From Camelus dromedarius (taxonomy: Eukaryota), in the NCBI RefSeq assembly GCF_036321535.1, contig NC_087454.1:27156001-27220000 (forward strand): 64,000 nucleotides of DNA. The letters run 5' to 3'. Made by a program: the position numbers and the translations under genes. Below are positions 22,190 to 35,768 of this stretch, piece after piece (position 1 is the first letter of the stretch; each line of letters opens with the position of its first letter). The notes below the pieces were generated by a model. That model was not told where the DNA came from. It did not search any database and saw nothing but the letters and a program-made list of their open reading frames with translations.

Positions 22190-25100
22190 TTTTGCCAGTT
22201 GAACAGGTATAAAGTTTTTTAATTGACATTTCTTTGATCAATAACAAGTGAGAACTTCACTTGTATGCCTTTTGGATTTCCTCTTCTATAAACTGCCTTT
22301 CTTATTGCTTTACCCATTTTCTACTGAGATTCCTGTCTTTTTCTTGTTGACTACCATTAACTCTTTGTATATTATGGATCATATTGCTGTGTTAGTTTTA
22401 GACATTTTCAGTTAATTTCCCCCAGTCTGTCATCTGCTTGATAACTTTTCCCATAGTTTTATTCATGGAGTAGAACTCCTCCATCTTGATGTAATCCAAT
22501 TAATGATTTCTTGCCACGTGATTTGTGCTCTTGAAGCTTTGTATAAGAAGTCCTTCCTCATCCTTAGGCAACACAGATATTCATCTGCAGGTTTTCTTCC
22601 TATTAACTTAATAATTTTATTTTTTACATATATATCTTGAATCCATCTGGAGTTCATCTTTGGATATAGTGTTAGGGAGGGATCCAGGTTTTTTGTTGTT
22701 GATTTTTTTTTTAATGCTCTGCCAGCTTTCCCAAGGATGTCCAACAAATGATGGGCCTTTGCCCCCTTGGTTCATGGTTCTACCTTATCATAAGATACGT
22801 TCCTATCTATACACAGATCTCCTGGAACTCTTTAGCTTGTCCTGTGATTCACTGATCAATTCTTGCCCCCCCCCCCCACTGCCATCAGTTGTGTTACTTA
22901 GTAGTGTATTTGGTTGGACATATCTTCCCTTTTTATTTTTACTTTCTCATGGTTGACATAGCTATTCATGCATCTTGGTGTTTCCATATGATTTCAGAGT
23001 AAGTTTATCAAGGGCTTTAAAAAGTTAAACTCAAATTGTGTTTGGGATTACATTTAGAAATTTTAACTGGGGGGAAATTGACATTTTTATAATATTATAG
23101 TCTCATCCAAGATCATAAATTATTTCTGTTTATGTATTTCACTAATTGGTATTCTAAAGTTTTCTCCAGAGAGACCTTGGTTAAATTAATTCCTCCTGGA
23201 CACCTTATAGACTTTGTTTTTATTATGTATAGTGTCTTATTTTGATTAGCTTTGCTAAGTGATTATTCCTAGTGTACAGAGGTACTTCTGATGTTTGCCA
23301 GTTGATATTGTACCCAGCAGCCTTGAGAAACGCTCCTGTGAGATCTAACCATTTACAGATTTTCTGCTTATTTTTTTCTAGGCAGATGATCCCATCATGT
23401 GTAAATTGTGACAGTTTTCACTCTTCCAGTCAAATCTTCTTTCCTCTTACCTGTTTTGCTTTTCTTATAGCATCTTATAAAGGCCAGGATCTCTAATACT
23501 GTATTAAGCATTAGTGGTAGCTTTGGAAATACTTGATTTGAATTTATACTTTCTCCTCTAGGTTTACTGTAGTCATTAGTATGCAGTCTTTACCAAGTCA
23601 TTTCTTCCTATTTCTATTTTATTAAGAGGTTTTCCTTGTAATAATAACCGTGTTGAACTGTTTTCAAATGTTTTTTCTGTATCAGTTAACTTTCCCCCTG
23701 TAGTTTATTAATTTGGTTAATTTACAATGACAGATTTTCTGAAGTCGACAATCCTGGTCCTGGGATAAACCCCACATGATTGTAATATTCTTTTTTTTTT
23801 TTTGGTATACTGTTGAATTCAGTTAGCTAATATTTATTTTGGGTTTTAACTCTATGTTCATCTGAGAAATAAACCTATCATTTAATTCTCTTGTATTATC
23901 CTTAGCTGGTTTTGAGATTAAGATGACACCAGCCTCTTAAAACAAGCTGGGTAGCTGTTGCTGGTTTTCTCTTTTCTGCATCATCTTGTATAAAATATGA
24001 ATCAAATATTTCTTTAAATATTGGAAATGCCTATAAAACCACCTAAGCCTTGAAATTTTTATGAGGATAGGTCTTTATCTAACATTTCAATTTCTTTAAC
24101 ATTTATTAATCTATTCCAATCTATTTCTTCTTGTGGTAATTTGGGTATTTTAAGATTTTTTTAAGGAATTTTATGCATTCTTGGATTATCAAAAAAGAAT
24201 TTGTTTAGGATTTATTTATTTATAGGTTATTTTATTCTTTTCTTTCAATTGACTATATCTTCTTTTATCTTCATCAATCTTGACAGAAGCAGGTCTATCT
24301 TATTAAATTTTTGAAAGAATGAATTATGACTTTTCTTAATCCCCATGTTTGTAATTCATTTAATTAATTTCAGGCCACCACTATTATGATTTTTTTCCTT
24401 TATATTTCTTTATGTACGCTCTCTGCTCACTTTCTGTCTTCCAGAGCCTACTTAGATCATTTGCTTTTAACGTTTTATGTGTCTGACAAATGTATTTAAT
24501 ACTATTAATTTCCCCTCTAAATATTAGCTATGCCCCATAAATTTGATATGTAGTGTTTATATTATCATAATATATTTTATTATATACTTAAATATTTATA
24601 TAATAATCTAGTAATATATTTATATAATATATAATAGACTTATATAATAATATATTAATAACTATTATTTCATTTCAAAACTTTTTTTTAGCTTTGCTTC
24701 TATGCATTCTTAATTTTATTGCATTATGTATGGAGAATATAGTCCTCCTCTTATTAATTAAAAAGCTTCTTTTATTTCCTCATGCGAGATTTGCTTTTGT
24801 AAATATTCTCTGCATGTTTGAAAGAATGTATATTAGTATATTATCTTTTTCTATTCATGTACAGTGTTTTATATATGTGTGTGCATATGTATACTTTATA
24901 TATATTTATACATATGTTTTATAAATATTCATAATACATTTATACAGTTGAAAACACTTAAAACATGTAAATATACTTTATATGTTTGTAAATATTATTT
25001 ATTTTAAAATACAGCTTCTTATAGTTTAATATTTTATAATATTTCATATTATATTTATTATAAAATAATATGTAACATATTTGAAAATATTATGTAAATA

Positions 25101-25780
25101 TGTATGATGTTTGGAACTTATCTCATTTAGAACTTGGATTCTTCTCTCTATTTTTTATTTATTGATCTATAGTCTTTTGAGAGGGATGTGACTCTCCAAT
25201 TACAAGTATTAATTATTTACTTCTCCTTGCATTTCTGATAATGTTACTTGATATATTTTATGGCCACATACTTAGGTTCATGTATGTTATGATGGTTTTT
25301 TTCTTATCAATTATGCCTTTCACAAGTATATATTATCTATACTTGTATTTTAATTTTTTTTACCTTAAATTCAACTGTTTATATAACANNNNNNNNNNNN
25401 NNNNNNNNNNNNNNNNNNNNNNNNNNNNNNNNNNNNNNNNNNNNNNNNNNNNNNNNNNNNNNNNNNNNNNNNNNNNNNNNNNNNNNNNNNNNNNNNNNNN
25501 NNNNNNNNNNNNNNNNNNNNNNNNNNNNNNNNNNNNNNNNNNNNNNNCACCAAGGGGCAACTAACTGTATTGTGCTATCAGTTCCGTCAGTTCTGCTTCA
25601 GAGGATTTCTATTGCTTGGTGTGTTGTCATTCTTTTAAGATAGTAGTTCTCCTAAAATGCCAAGTTATTTTGGCTTCTGAATTCAGATTCCCCTGGGGTC
25701 ATCATATACAGTCTGATGATAGGTAATGGGAAAGAATAAAGCCCAAATCCTGCTGCCTATGGACTTTTAAAAGTGGAAGG
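22190..25780 (-). mobile_element. Degenerate L1 ORF2/3' region with AT-rich low-complexity stretch and an assembly gap
   Basis: T-rich L1 motifs (e.g. ccatctggagttcatctttggatatagtgt); boundaries approximate. Confidence 0.7.
25389..25547. other. Assembly gap (N run); further gaps at 49123-49259, 53358-53543, 62860-63028
   Basis: Runs of N; true lengths unknown. Confidence 0.99.
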
Positions 25781-26488
25781 GCTAAGCCTCACAGCATGAG
25801 GGGTTCCCTCTTGTGTCCCGTCATTGGCTGCCGTTTCACCTTTAAACTGGTCAGGGTTTCCCCTTTAAACTCTTTGGGAGATATTCCTTACTTTGTAATC
25901 CACCTGCCTTGGAGTTTGGAGGAGGAAGGGGTTAGGTGGTGAATGCCTACTGGCAGTTGGCCAACTATATTCATCCATACTCCACTGCCTTTGCCGTGCC
26001 TTATGGTCCCCTTGAGCACCTGTGACATGGGGTGTTGCAGCCTGTTTCTGTGCTGAAGGGACGCGATGATGACGCAAGGCCCTTGACTGCAAGAGTCAAG
26101 AGCTGAAATCACAGTTTCCTCTCACCTGTTTCTTGCTATGTCTCCAGCCACCATCTGCCCCAGGCTGTGGTCCCTCTCTCCACACCCACCGTTTAACCCT
26201 CGCAGCACAGCCTCCAACTCCCACCTTGTTTTGGTTCCCTCTGGTCTCAACCCAGAAAACCCTGTCTCACTGTCCTTTCCCCAGTTCCTCCAAAGTGAAT
26301 GACCTTATCCTCCTCCCCACTCCTCTCTCCCCAAATCTGTGTCTGAGCCCTGAGGGCTCCTCTGCAGCACCCTGTGCCTCACTCACCTTGGAAAGAATCC
26401 TTGGGTCCTGTCTTCCTGATTCTGAGGCTGCATAAGCTACCCAGCCATCCTTCCCAGGCCCCTCCCTCCTGGTGAGACCCTGACCTAC

Positions 26489-26549
26489 CTGTGCTCAGAA
26501 CCATTGATGGGAGATGGGCCAGAGATCCCCTCTGGAGAAGTGGTCATAA
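26489..26549 (-). pseudogene. psiB: TREML4-like second stalk exon (MTTSPEGISGPSPINGSEHR), 61 nt
   Basis: Acceptor ttcctcag|, donor AG|gtaggt; matches human TREML4 VLITSPEGTSGHPSINGSETR. Confidence 0.78.
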
Positions 26550-27038
26550 CTGAGGAAGACACAAAGGCGACAGGGGCTGCCCAGGAGACCAGAATAGAGA
26601 ATGGGATTGGCCCCCAAAAATCCTTGAGGGGAAGTAAAGAGGGGACAGAGCCTTAAGGGTCCCTCAAGCCAAAGGGGACTGAAGCCTGGGATTTTATAAC
26701 CAGAAGAAATCCAGGCCCAAAGAGGAGGAGTTTCTCCCTGGGTTGGGGGGTGTGGAGGGGCAGGGCGGGACACACAGGTCCTGGATCTTCCAGGACAGAC
26801 TTGCCTCTTGAGATGCCTACCCTATCCGTGGCTGCCTTTGTTATCACATCAGATAGTACATGTTTCTCTCCCTGGGTCTTAAACCCAGCAAGCCCTGAAT
26901 GTAGCTTCCCTCCAGCCCAGGCCCCAAGGACTCAGCCCCCAGAAGCAGGCCTCCCTGGTCCCTCCCTCCCTGAATCTGAAGTCACTCAAGCTGCCTGGCC
27001 CTTCTTCCTCCCTCCCTGCGCTGAAACCCCAGACTCAC

Positions 27039-27088
27039 CTGCACTTGTAGAAGCCGAGTGGAGGTCCACATGGGAGAAGTGGTCAGAG
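27039..27088 (-). pseudogene. psiB: TREML4-like stalk exon (ALTTSPMWT...), 50 nt, frameshifted
   Basis: Acceptor tctttag|CT CTG ACC ACT TCT CCC ATG TGG ACC..., donor CAG|gtgagt; matches human TREML4 APTTSPMWTLPWLPTS but is 50 nt, not a multiple of 3. Confidence 0.75.
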
Positions 27089-27419
27089 CTAAAGAGAAGA
27101 GAAAGCAATGATGGTCCAGAGGCCTAGAAGACAGAATGAGGTCTGGCCCCAAAGCTGTGAGAGGAAGTAGGGGACCCAGAGGTAGTCCCTTAGCCCTAGG
27201 GGCTGGGGAGCAGAGTTTTAATTCCAGGAATTGTAAGAATGGTCCCTGGGAAAGGTGGGGGCTGGGGAAGGGTGGCAGAAAGAGAGCTGAGCGGGGATTA
27301 TGGGAAAGGAAGGTGAGAGGGAGTGGATCTGTGGGAGGAGAGAGCAGGAAGGGCTCTCAGCATCGTCATTTCCGAATCTCCAGTCCTCTCTCCCTAGTGG
27401 AGCTCAACCAGCATTACTT

Positions 27420-28340
27420 GGAGGAATACACGAGTGGGTAAAAAGACGAAAAAGCCTTTCGTTTTAACAATGTGTGTGGAAAACAATGTGAGGGGAAATA
27501 TGGCCAACACTGGAATAATCTGAGCAACAAAATAAAGTGGTGTTGGATTATAACCTACAGTAGAAAATAAATGTCCAGGTGTCTGCACGAATACAAAGAA
27601 ATCATTGAATAAATAAACAAATGGGGAAGAATAGGTAAATCTCCCCTGCAGAAGAATTCCAAATAATTCATGTAGATTACTCTGCCCTCAAGAAGGGGAA
27701 GCTCACCCACTAAGTGTGGGCCATCCCTAGTGCTGTCCTTCCAAAGAGGACAGTATGAAAACGGCGGGGAAGGGGAACTTTGTGGTGGACAAATCTGACA
27801 ATCACCACCTCAGAATCACCGGAAATCGACAGTGATAATCATGTTGATAGCATGTACCCCCGGCATTGTGTGATGAGCATGGAACTTGACCTCTGTGGTC
27901 TTCTTCCCCCAGACTCCATGAGAAAAAAACATCAGACAATGCTCCCATGAAAGACTCTACAAAATATCTGACCAGTATTCCTCAAAACTGTCAAAGCCAC
28001 CAAAAAAAGAAGAAGAGGAAATTCTGAGAAATGGTCATAGCTGAAAAGAGCTTAAGGAGACACGAAGACTAAATGTAATGAGTTGTCCTGGGTGGGATCC
28101 TGGAACAGAAAAAAAGACATCAGGTGAGAGCTAAGGAAACCTGAATGAAGTGTGACTTCAGCCAATTATAATATATCATTACTGGTTCAGTAGTTACGAC
28201 AACTGCGCCATACTCACGTAAGGGACGTCAATGAGGGAAACTGGGCGTGGGGGATGTGGGAGCTCTCTGTGATGGCCTCACTTTTCTGAAATCTAAAACT
28301 ACTCTAAAACAAATAAAAATTCACTTAAAAAGTTGAGAGA
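27420..28340 (+). mobile_element. Old L1 (L1MC/MD-like) 3' UTR fragment
   Basis: Motifs such as gaagaattccaaataattcatgtagat and ggatcctggaacagaaaaaagacat; boundaries approximate. Confidence 0.65.
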
Positions 28341-29819
28341 CCATTTGTACAAAATCTGTAAGTACTTGATAGCAAACAAAGAAAATATTTTTTAAACATT
28401 TTGGTTAGACGTAAACAATGCCGACGGTGGTCGTTTAAGTGACCAGTCTGTCAGGTGGGCTCGCTGCACCGCACGCGGGTCCTGTATTCATCCCGGCGGG
28501 TGCTGGTTCACAGGGCTGGTTTTCCCAGATGGTCGTAACCCAGCTTTCCCTGGGTGTGTTCTCCCAGCGTCCTGTTCAGGTGGCGTGATGTTCACACCTC
28601 CCTAAAATGAGCAGAAATCTCCCTGTCCTCGTCCTGCTGTGGATCCGGGCCCTCGGGAGCCCCAGGGAGAAGGGGGACAACAGGAGAGAAGAGTGGGAAG
28701 CTGGAGTTTCTGAGGAAATGTAGGGGAGGCCTGAAGCCCACGCTGTCACTAGGCAGCCGGAGGCAGCCCAGAGAAGAAGGGAGAGTAGGGAGGGGTCTAC
28801 AGACGCTTCCTGCCCCGGACCGCCTGTCCTCACCACGGGTCTCATGAGAGCACTCAGCTGCCCTGCATTAACTGGACTTCTTGGCTCAGTTAGAGGTGTG
28901 GGCCTGCGTTAAGCCCCCATAATCTGTGCCCACCCTGTCTCTATCCCCCAGTGTGACTGTGCTGGGGCTTGTCCCCTTCCCCAGCCCCTGGAATGAAAAT
29001 GCCTCCCAGGGCTGCTCCCCAACTAGCCTCACTTGTGTGGGATCACAAGGGGGCCCTCTCGCAAGAAGCTGGTGCAGAGGACTCCAGCCTGCAGCCTTCA
29101 TGAGCCCCCTGGAGCATCCTGGGCCCTGCTCCTGGGCTGTGTTCTGTCACTATCCTGTTGTGGACATTCTTCCATCCTCTCCAGACAGCCTGTGAGACCC
29201 CTCAGGGCCAAGCCAGCCTCTCTCACTGAACTGTGTGAGCCCTGCTTTGCTCAACCTTGCATCAGCGTCACGAACACGCTTGATCAGATGGGGAGGGGAC
29301 CACACAGCATGTCTCCAGCCTCCTGCCTTTTTCCTCGTGGAGGCTGAGATGCCAAGCAGGCCAGTGACTTGCCCATGTTTCCAGACATCACAGACAGATG
29401 TCACAGCCGAGCTGGGCATTTGAACCCTGTTCTCCAACACACACCCAGCGCTTTGCCCAGCACTGAGCAGCCTGCAGTGCACCCTGGCCTCTGGCAGTGT
29501 GTCCCTGTCATCCATCCAAGTAGACATGCAGGGACAGGGGGACTTTGGAGGAGACTTGGGAGGAATAGGCCAAAAGGACTGAAGCAGCAACATAATATAA
29601 ACACTTTCTTTGAGAAAGGAAAATAAAAAATCAGATGTATGATTCTCTCTTTAAGAGGAAAATCTGCTTTTGTTAAATGGAAACTATAAATCGAACTGCT
29701 CAGGTGTGAAAGTGCCATGTGCTATAAAAAGTTTTAATCTGTATTAATAAGAAGCTAAATTTATAACAAGGAACTGAAAGCTCTGTTAGCCGGATAGTTA
29801 TGTTGAAACAGAAATATAG

Positions 29820-29990
29820 AAAGCAGTGCTGTCCCACAGAATTTCCTATGATGATGGAGATGTTCTGTATCTTTCTGTCCAACACAATAGCCACTCGCCA
29901 CGTGGGGCTGTTCAGCTCTGTGGCAAGTGCAACTGAGGAAACAGATTCTTATTTTTCATCTGCTTTTAATTAACTTCATGTGCAGATAGG
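29820..29990. mobile_element. MER3-like hAT DNA transposon
   Basis: cagtgctgtcc...gatgatggagatgttctgtatct...gtccaa...tagccact...gcaactgagg pattern. Confidence 0.65.
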
Positions 29991-30116
29991 CACGTGTGTT
30001 TAAAGGCTAGAGAACTAGCACAGGTCTAGATGGAGGTGGATTTTAACAAGACCCTGCCTCCTCCTAAGGGCTGGATTTCTTGGTTGTGCCCTGTGTGTGT
30101 CAACACTGTAAAGCTA

Positions 30117-30238
30117 GGTAGGAAGGTATAGTTCCTGGGTTCAGTCCCCAGGACTTCCATTAAAATAAATAAATATACCTCATTACCTCCCCCTCCAAAA
30201 AAAAAACCCCAAAACAGATAAATAAAATATTTTTTAAA
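30117..30238 (+). mobile_element. tRNA-derived SINE with internal deletion in its head
   Basis: GGAAGGTATAG joined directly to TTCCTGGGTTCAGTCCCCAG; near-identical 12-nt flanks ACTGTAAAGCTA / ACTGTCAAGCTA. Confidence 0.7.
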
Positions 30239-31920
30239 ACTGTCAAGCTAATAGAAGATAATGTGTGAGAATATCTCCATACATTGTCTGAAAGACAATA
30301 TTTAGAATACTATTGTGCTTCAGATTGGGAAAAACATCCCAAAACCTTAAGTCATGAAGGGGAAATGGATGGACTTAATGACATTGCTGAACACTGGCTT
30401 CCCGAGCATCGCCCACACAACCTGAGTTTATTGCTCGTGGTGGTCAGGGAGGATGCCTCCGGCAGAGCTGTGTGCCTTAGAGGGAGGCAAGGTCACAACG
30501 TACTGTGAGGTTTGGTTCAAGGCAAGTCTTTCAAAGAAGGGGCTGGAGTAAGACTGAAGAAGGGTCACAACACAATAGTCCAGGATTGGTAGAAACAGCA
30601 GGATTCTGAGGAAGGGATTCGAAGAATCTTAGGGTGCAAACTATCCCTTGATGCTTTCCTTTGAAGAGGTAGTGAGTCTTCCAGGAAGTTTTTATAGTGA
30701 ACCATCTAACCACTTGCCGGGGCAAGAAAACTCCAGGAAAAGTAAAGTGACACCAACAAGGACGGGGCACTAGCAACGCCATGTTAATACAGACAGTGAC
30801 GTGTGGTTTCAGTTCTCAGGGTCAAGACGGATGGTGGTTAGAGATGGTTTCAGTTCATGACATAAATTTATTTTTCAAACAAAGGATACTGGGGACAAAA
30901 GTGCCACAAGGACCACCTGGCCATCTTGCGTGCACAGAAGCCACACAGGTGAAGGCTTGAACTACAGCTAATCTGAGTCATGGCAAGAAAGCCCTTTGAT
31001 TTTCCTGGAATGACAGAGACTGAGAGGCCTGTGCGAGCACCTCCCACTCACCTCCCCATCTTCCCTGGGAGATGGTTTCTCACCCCCTCCCGTGTTGGGC
31101 CAGATCTCAGGACGGAGCTGCAGCCTCTACGACCACTGAGCAGCGGTCGGGACCGGGTCCTCAGCCGGGGGTGTTGCACAACTCCCGGCGCAGTTGTCTG
31201 GCCGCTGCTGTTCCGGCGTGTGGGACGAGGACCACGGAAGCCAGCACCTTTGGTTGATCTGCCCATCGCTGCCTATGTAAGTAACAAACTGTCTAAATCT
31301 GAAAGCGGCTGATTGTATCTTTCTTGGGAGAATCAGTCAGGCCTTGGCCTTGCCTTTGTCTTGTGTGCGCTTGACAAGTAACAGATGAGAGACTGAGAGA
31401 AATGTCTAAAACTGACCATAGATTAACATCTAAGCGAACCAAGGGGTTATTAAAAGTCAGCCAGCAGGAGAAAGGAAAGCCAGCAGGAAAATGGACAGAA
31501 GTAGGCGATACAGTGCAGTAAAGATCCAGATACCTAGTAAGCCCATGAATAGAGGTTTGGCCTCATTAGGTACCAGAGAAATACTGATTTTAAAACGTTG
31601 AGATGTCTCTTTGTACTCATCAGATTGGCAGGAATGGAAAAGTTGGATAAGACTCAGTTTCGATGAGAATGTGGGAAAGAACGAATCCTCAAATTCTGCT
31701 GGGAGGAGTGATCTTAAAGATTTTATTTAATTCATACTCAGCGAGTGAACCAGGCAGATGCTAGACCCGGTCAGAAGGGCGAGTCTGCTACTTGCCTGGG
31801 TGTGTCCTGTCCTGGGGACCCCTCGGGAGGCTGCCTCACCTGAGGAGTGGGAAATGAAAGGTCAGGAACTGAAAATGATCTGTCCACGTCAGCCCCAGTT
31901 CCATGTGTGTATATTGCCCA

Positions 31921-31922
<2 letters not shown>

Positions 31923-31960
<38 letters not shown>
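31923..31960. repeat. (CA)19 microsatellite
   Basis: Perfect dinucleotide run read directly. Confidence 0.95.
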
Positions 31961-31962
<2 letters not shown>

Positions 31963-34900
31963 ACACCATGACCACCCCCAGAGCCCCTCTCCTCCGCTCT
32001 ATCCCGTTCCCTGGACCCAAACGTGCCAGCCACTCCAGCACTTCTTCCACTGGCTAGAGGATGTTGCCCCACTTGGATGTTTTCCGTCTTCCCTGAGAGG
32101 CGTGGTTGTCACTTGGCAATTGAGAAACCCTGAGGGAAATGTAGTGAGAGGGAGCAGCTCAGGAAAATGCAGAAAAAGAAGGAAGAGAAAAGGGAGATCA
32201 CTGCCCTTGTGACATCTTCCTTCCTGATTTTGTTAAGTCACAGCCCCATTGGGCAACGCTCGGAAGCTCCCCATTCTCCACCGGAGTGAGCCTTGACCCA
32301 GCCACCCGATGTCCCACCCCTGCTCCACTCAGTTCCTTGGGTCACCAAGACATTCTCGTCACTGGCCACTGACCACTACCTCCCACAACCCCTCCTGCCG
32401 TTCTCCCTGCCTGCCTGACACTGTGCCCCGCAGATCTGACGTGCCCTTCGAGGCCCAGGGTAAACCTTCCTGATGGCCCGCCATCTCTCATCTTCCTCCA
32501 CACCACAGTTCTCGAGGATGGGCGTGTGGCTGAATCACTCAGGAAGCCTGGCAAGCGTACACGTGCCTGGGCTCCACCCCCAAAGATTCTGCACTTTAAC
32601 AAGCAGCCTAGGTGATTCTGAGGCAAATGGGCCAAACAGACAACACCTGTGAAAGCTCTGTGTGAATCAGGTGGGCCTGAAGCGTTCCTCAGGGGTGCCG
32701 CCTGTGCGTGAGGGCTGTGCTTCCCCGAGCTCCCAGTCCGGGCCTGAGCCTGGAGACCACGGTTAGAACAGTACCAGGAGTGACTGCCACGGATTGAGGT
32801 CCTACTGTGCGCCAGATGCTTTACTTGGGTTATCTCATTTAATTCTATCAGTTTGGGGATTGGGTAATGGATATTCATCATCCTTTGGCTCTCTGGTACC
32901 CAATACCTTTTCCATCTGGGCATGTGCCCCAATGTGCGGGTGTCCTGAGGACACAGAGCTCTACTTCCCCTTCTATTGAGCACGGAGGCAGAATTTCTTC
33001 AGCCCCTTCTCCCAGGCATCTATGGTATGGGCCAGTGACTTGACCTAAGCTTGGCCAAATGCATGATTCTGCCTCTGATTCTGGATCCTAAGGGTGTGGT
33101 ACAAGATGAAGGGCCAGTTAATGATGACTTCCCCAGAGGCAGTTTAAGTCCTGAGAGTCCAGGAATAGTATGGTGACAAAGTACTTGGTGGCTTCCAGTG
33201 GGCAGGGGCAGTGACTGCGGCACCATCACTGGACGTCTCAAGCTATAACTTGGTGTCTGCTGTTTTCTAAACCTGGTCCTTCAGCACTGCCATCAGCTCT
33301 GTGAGCTACTGATAGTCTTCTAAATTCCTCTGCAGTTAAGATGCCAGAACTGGATTCAGTTGGTAGCATCAAGAATCATGACTGGTGCTGACTATTCTGC
33401 CCTTTAAGGCAGTGAGGAATCTCTCTCGGCTGAGGTCTAGCGGGATTAACTGAACTTACTCAAGATCAGACGTATTTCAAGGATGTTGCAGAGCTGGGAT
33501 TCAAACCTGGGCGCTGTTTAATTCCAAGTCCTGTGTAACTAACCACATGACACTGTTGTATAGGGAAAGGTCCCAGCAAGAAACAGACGGCTCACTGGAA
33601 CAGGTAACTGAGAAGCGTTTAATGAAAGCACAAGTGGAACTGGGGGAACCAGGAAGGCATGCTGCAGGCCCCTGGAGACAGCGGTGAGGCATTACCGCCT
33701 GTAGGCGTCATGGAGCAAGGGACTGGAGCGGCTGCCTGAACTTGGAGATAGCAGCGCTTTGGTGAGGGGCTTGGAGGGGCCTTGAGTAGAGGAATGCAGC
33801 CCCTCATGCTGCCCCAGTGAGGGAGCCCGGAGGATAAAATCTCTGATCTCATTCTCTTCCCATCCCCGCTCTTCTTTCATGCTGCCCACTGGCTAAGCCC
33901 CAGAAGCTGGTGGGCAAGGAAGCCTGTTGACTTAGCCCACGTTGGTCAGGTTCCCAGCTACAGATCAGGGAGGAGAAGGATGGAGAGTGGGCCTGCAGGT
34001 GCAAACGGGAGAGCATCCAGCACAACCGTCTGTCTTCCACTTTACTTTATCTAAGTCCTCAGGCAAGCTTAATATATTGGACTTGTGTTACTTCATCTGT
34101 AATTAAATTTAGCACACAAGCCCGCCAAATCACGCAGTTGGTTAACTCAGGATAAATATAGCAATGTGTCATGGTGTTTGGAAAGGAGCATAATGGCCTC
34201 TTGGAATCTTGTCTCCCAAACAAGCTTGAGAACCACCAAGAGACAGCTGCAGGCTATGATTAAGTAGATCTGGAGGGGCCCCAGGCATCTGCATTTTAAA
34301 CAAACGCCCCAGAGAATCTGATGCGGCTGGTCTGAGGGCTACAGTTTGGGAAACACTGCCCATTCAACTGCGGTCCCTCCCTTGCCCTGGCCTTTTGGGT
34401 CAACTTCACAAACAAGGGCAGCTTTGGAAGTGCTAAAGTGCAGGTCCCCAACGAGCAACCTCAGAAAGCAAACCCTGCGCGCAGTGCACTTACTGCCTCC
34501 ACGCGGCTGGGTTCTCCTGGGCAGGAAGAAGATGCACTGAGATGAACAGCTTCCGGATCAGTGCTTCTCAGAAGTCTCTCCCCAGGGTGCCGGGATGACA
34601 TGAATTCCCTTGACCACCTTCTAATGGACTCAGCTGGGCGATCAGACACAATGTCTCTGGGGTCAGCGCCAACCTCCCGGAGGGCTGAGCCCGAGAGGTC
34701 CTCGGGTTGACAGGGAAGTCCTTGGATGATGGCAGTGGACTCAGGGAGGGGAGGGCTGTACCTCAGCACTCAGGGCACTTGTTCCACAGGAGTTGAAGAA
34801 GGGCATGCCGATTGTAGAAACATGTTTTCCTATCACAAAATGGATTGTGGGTGGTAGAGTGTGTTTGCTCTTGGAGAATTTAGGATGAAATTGGCCTTGG

Positions 34901-35762
34901 CCATCATCTCTTCCCACTAATGGGACCCCTTCCCCTTTAGAGCCAAAAGAGGTAGAAACTCAGAAACCACTGATTTAAATCTGTCGGTGGGCCTTGGACA
35001 CATTTCATGGGTGAGCTTGGGAGCGAAAGGGGAGTCGTAGGGGCAGAGAGAGAGGAGGAGGAAGGCAGCGCACAGAACTAGCAGTGCACATAGGGGACAG
35101 CCTCCAGGAGCCTGACTGGTGAGACCTGGGCACGCACCGTCCCTGCCCCTCGTGTGATACAGCAAAGAGGCATTTGCGTAGAGGCGAACTCCTTGCTATC
35201 TGTTCTGTAGGGCTTTGAGGGACTTGGTCTTCAGTAAAGGAGCTCCAGTGTTTCTTCCTGCCAGTAGAGGTGACTTACTCCCAGTTGCACACTTCTCTGC
35301 CTTCATGGGGTTGTCCTAAGGACCCAGTGACAAGACGCACCCCGGTGATGCACACGATAAATGCACACGGTAGATAAATGATGCTCTCTGTCAGTCCTAT
35401 GCCTTGGATCCTAGCTCATCCTCCCAGTATTTTCCCAAGACACAACGTTCTGGTTATCTCAGTTCCTCTTTCCCAAATATGGATTCTCACCGTAGCATCT
35501 TATCTTCTCCTGGTTCCATGATTTTCAACACTCTGTTCTGGGAGTGTCGGAAAGGGCCATAAACGAAGGGGAGAAACCTGAACGTCTGATTCTAGAGAAG
35601 AGGACGGTCCTGGCAGCCAGGAGAACAGGATGCTTCTGTGGTGGGAACTCGGGCCAAAATGTTGTGGTCCAGAGCGAGGACCCGGGCAGAGTTAGCAGCT
35701 GCGCCCTCTGTGCCTCACGACCCCGCACAAGACAGCGACAGTGCATAGCATCCTGAAGTGTC

Positions 35763-35768
35763 TTTATT
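35763..35768 (-). terminator. TREM1 polyadenylation signal AATAAA
   Basis: tttatt on plus, about 275 nt after the TREM1 stop. Confidence 0.7.

Noticed and set aside
24480-25100. Extremely AT-rich tract
   Set aside because: Low-complexity (TA)-rich decay within an L1; no specific structure.
28980-29195. Plus-strand frame SLTC...GGPLARSWCR resembling the first half of a TREML4 Ig domain
   Set aside because: C-to-WC spacing is off, there is no DSG-x-Y-x-C strand and no matching leader exon; probably chance.
32342-32983. 213-aa ORF, plus other long ORF-track entries such as 61062-61940 (292 aa) and 2683-3204
   Set aside because: No recognisable domain; they overlap repeats, introns or the antisense strand of real exons, as expected in GC-rich DNA.
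34440-34620. QTLR-QCTY motif suggestive of an Ig B strand
   Set aside because: Requires a frameshift, and the downstream sequence has no V-set hallmarks.
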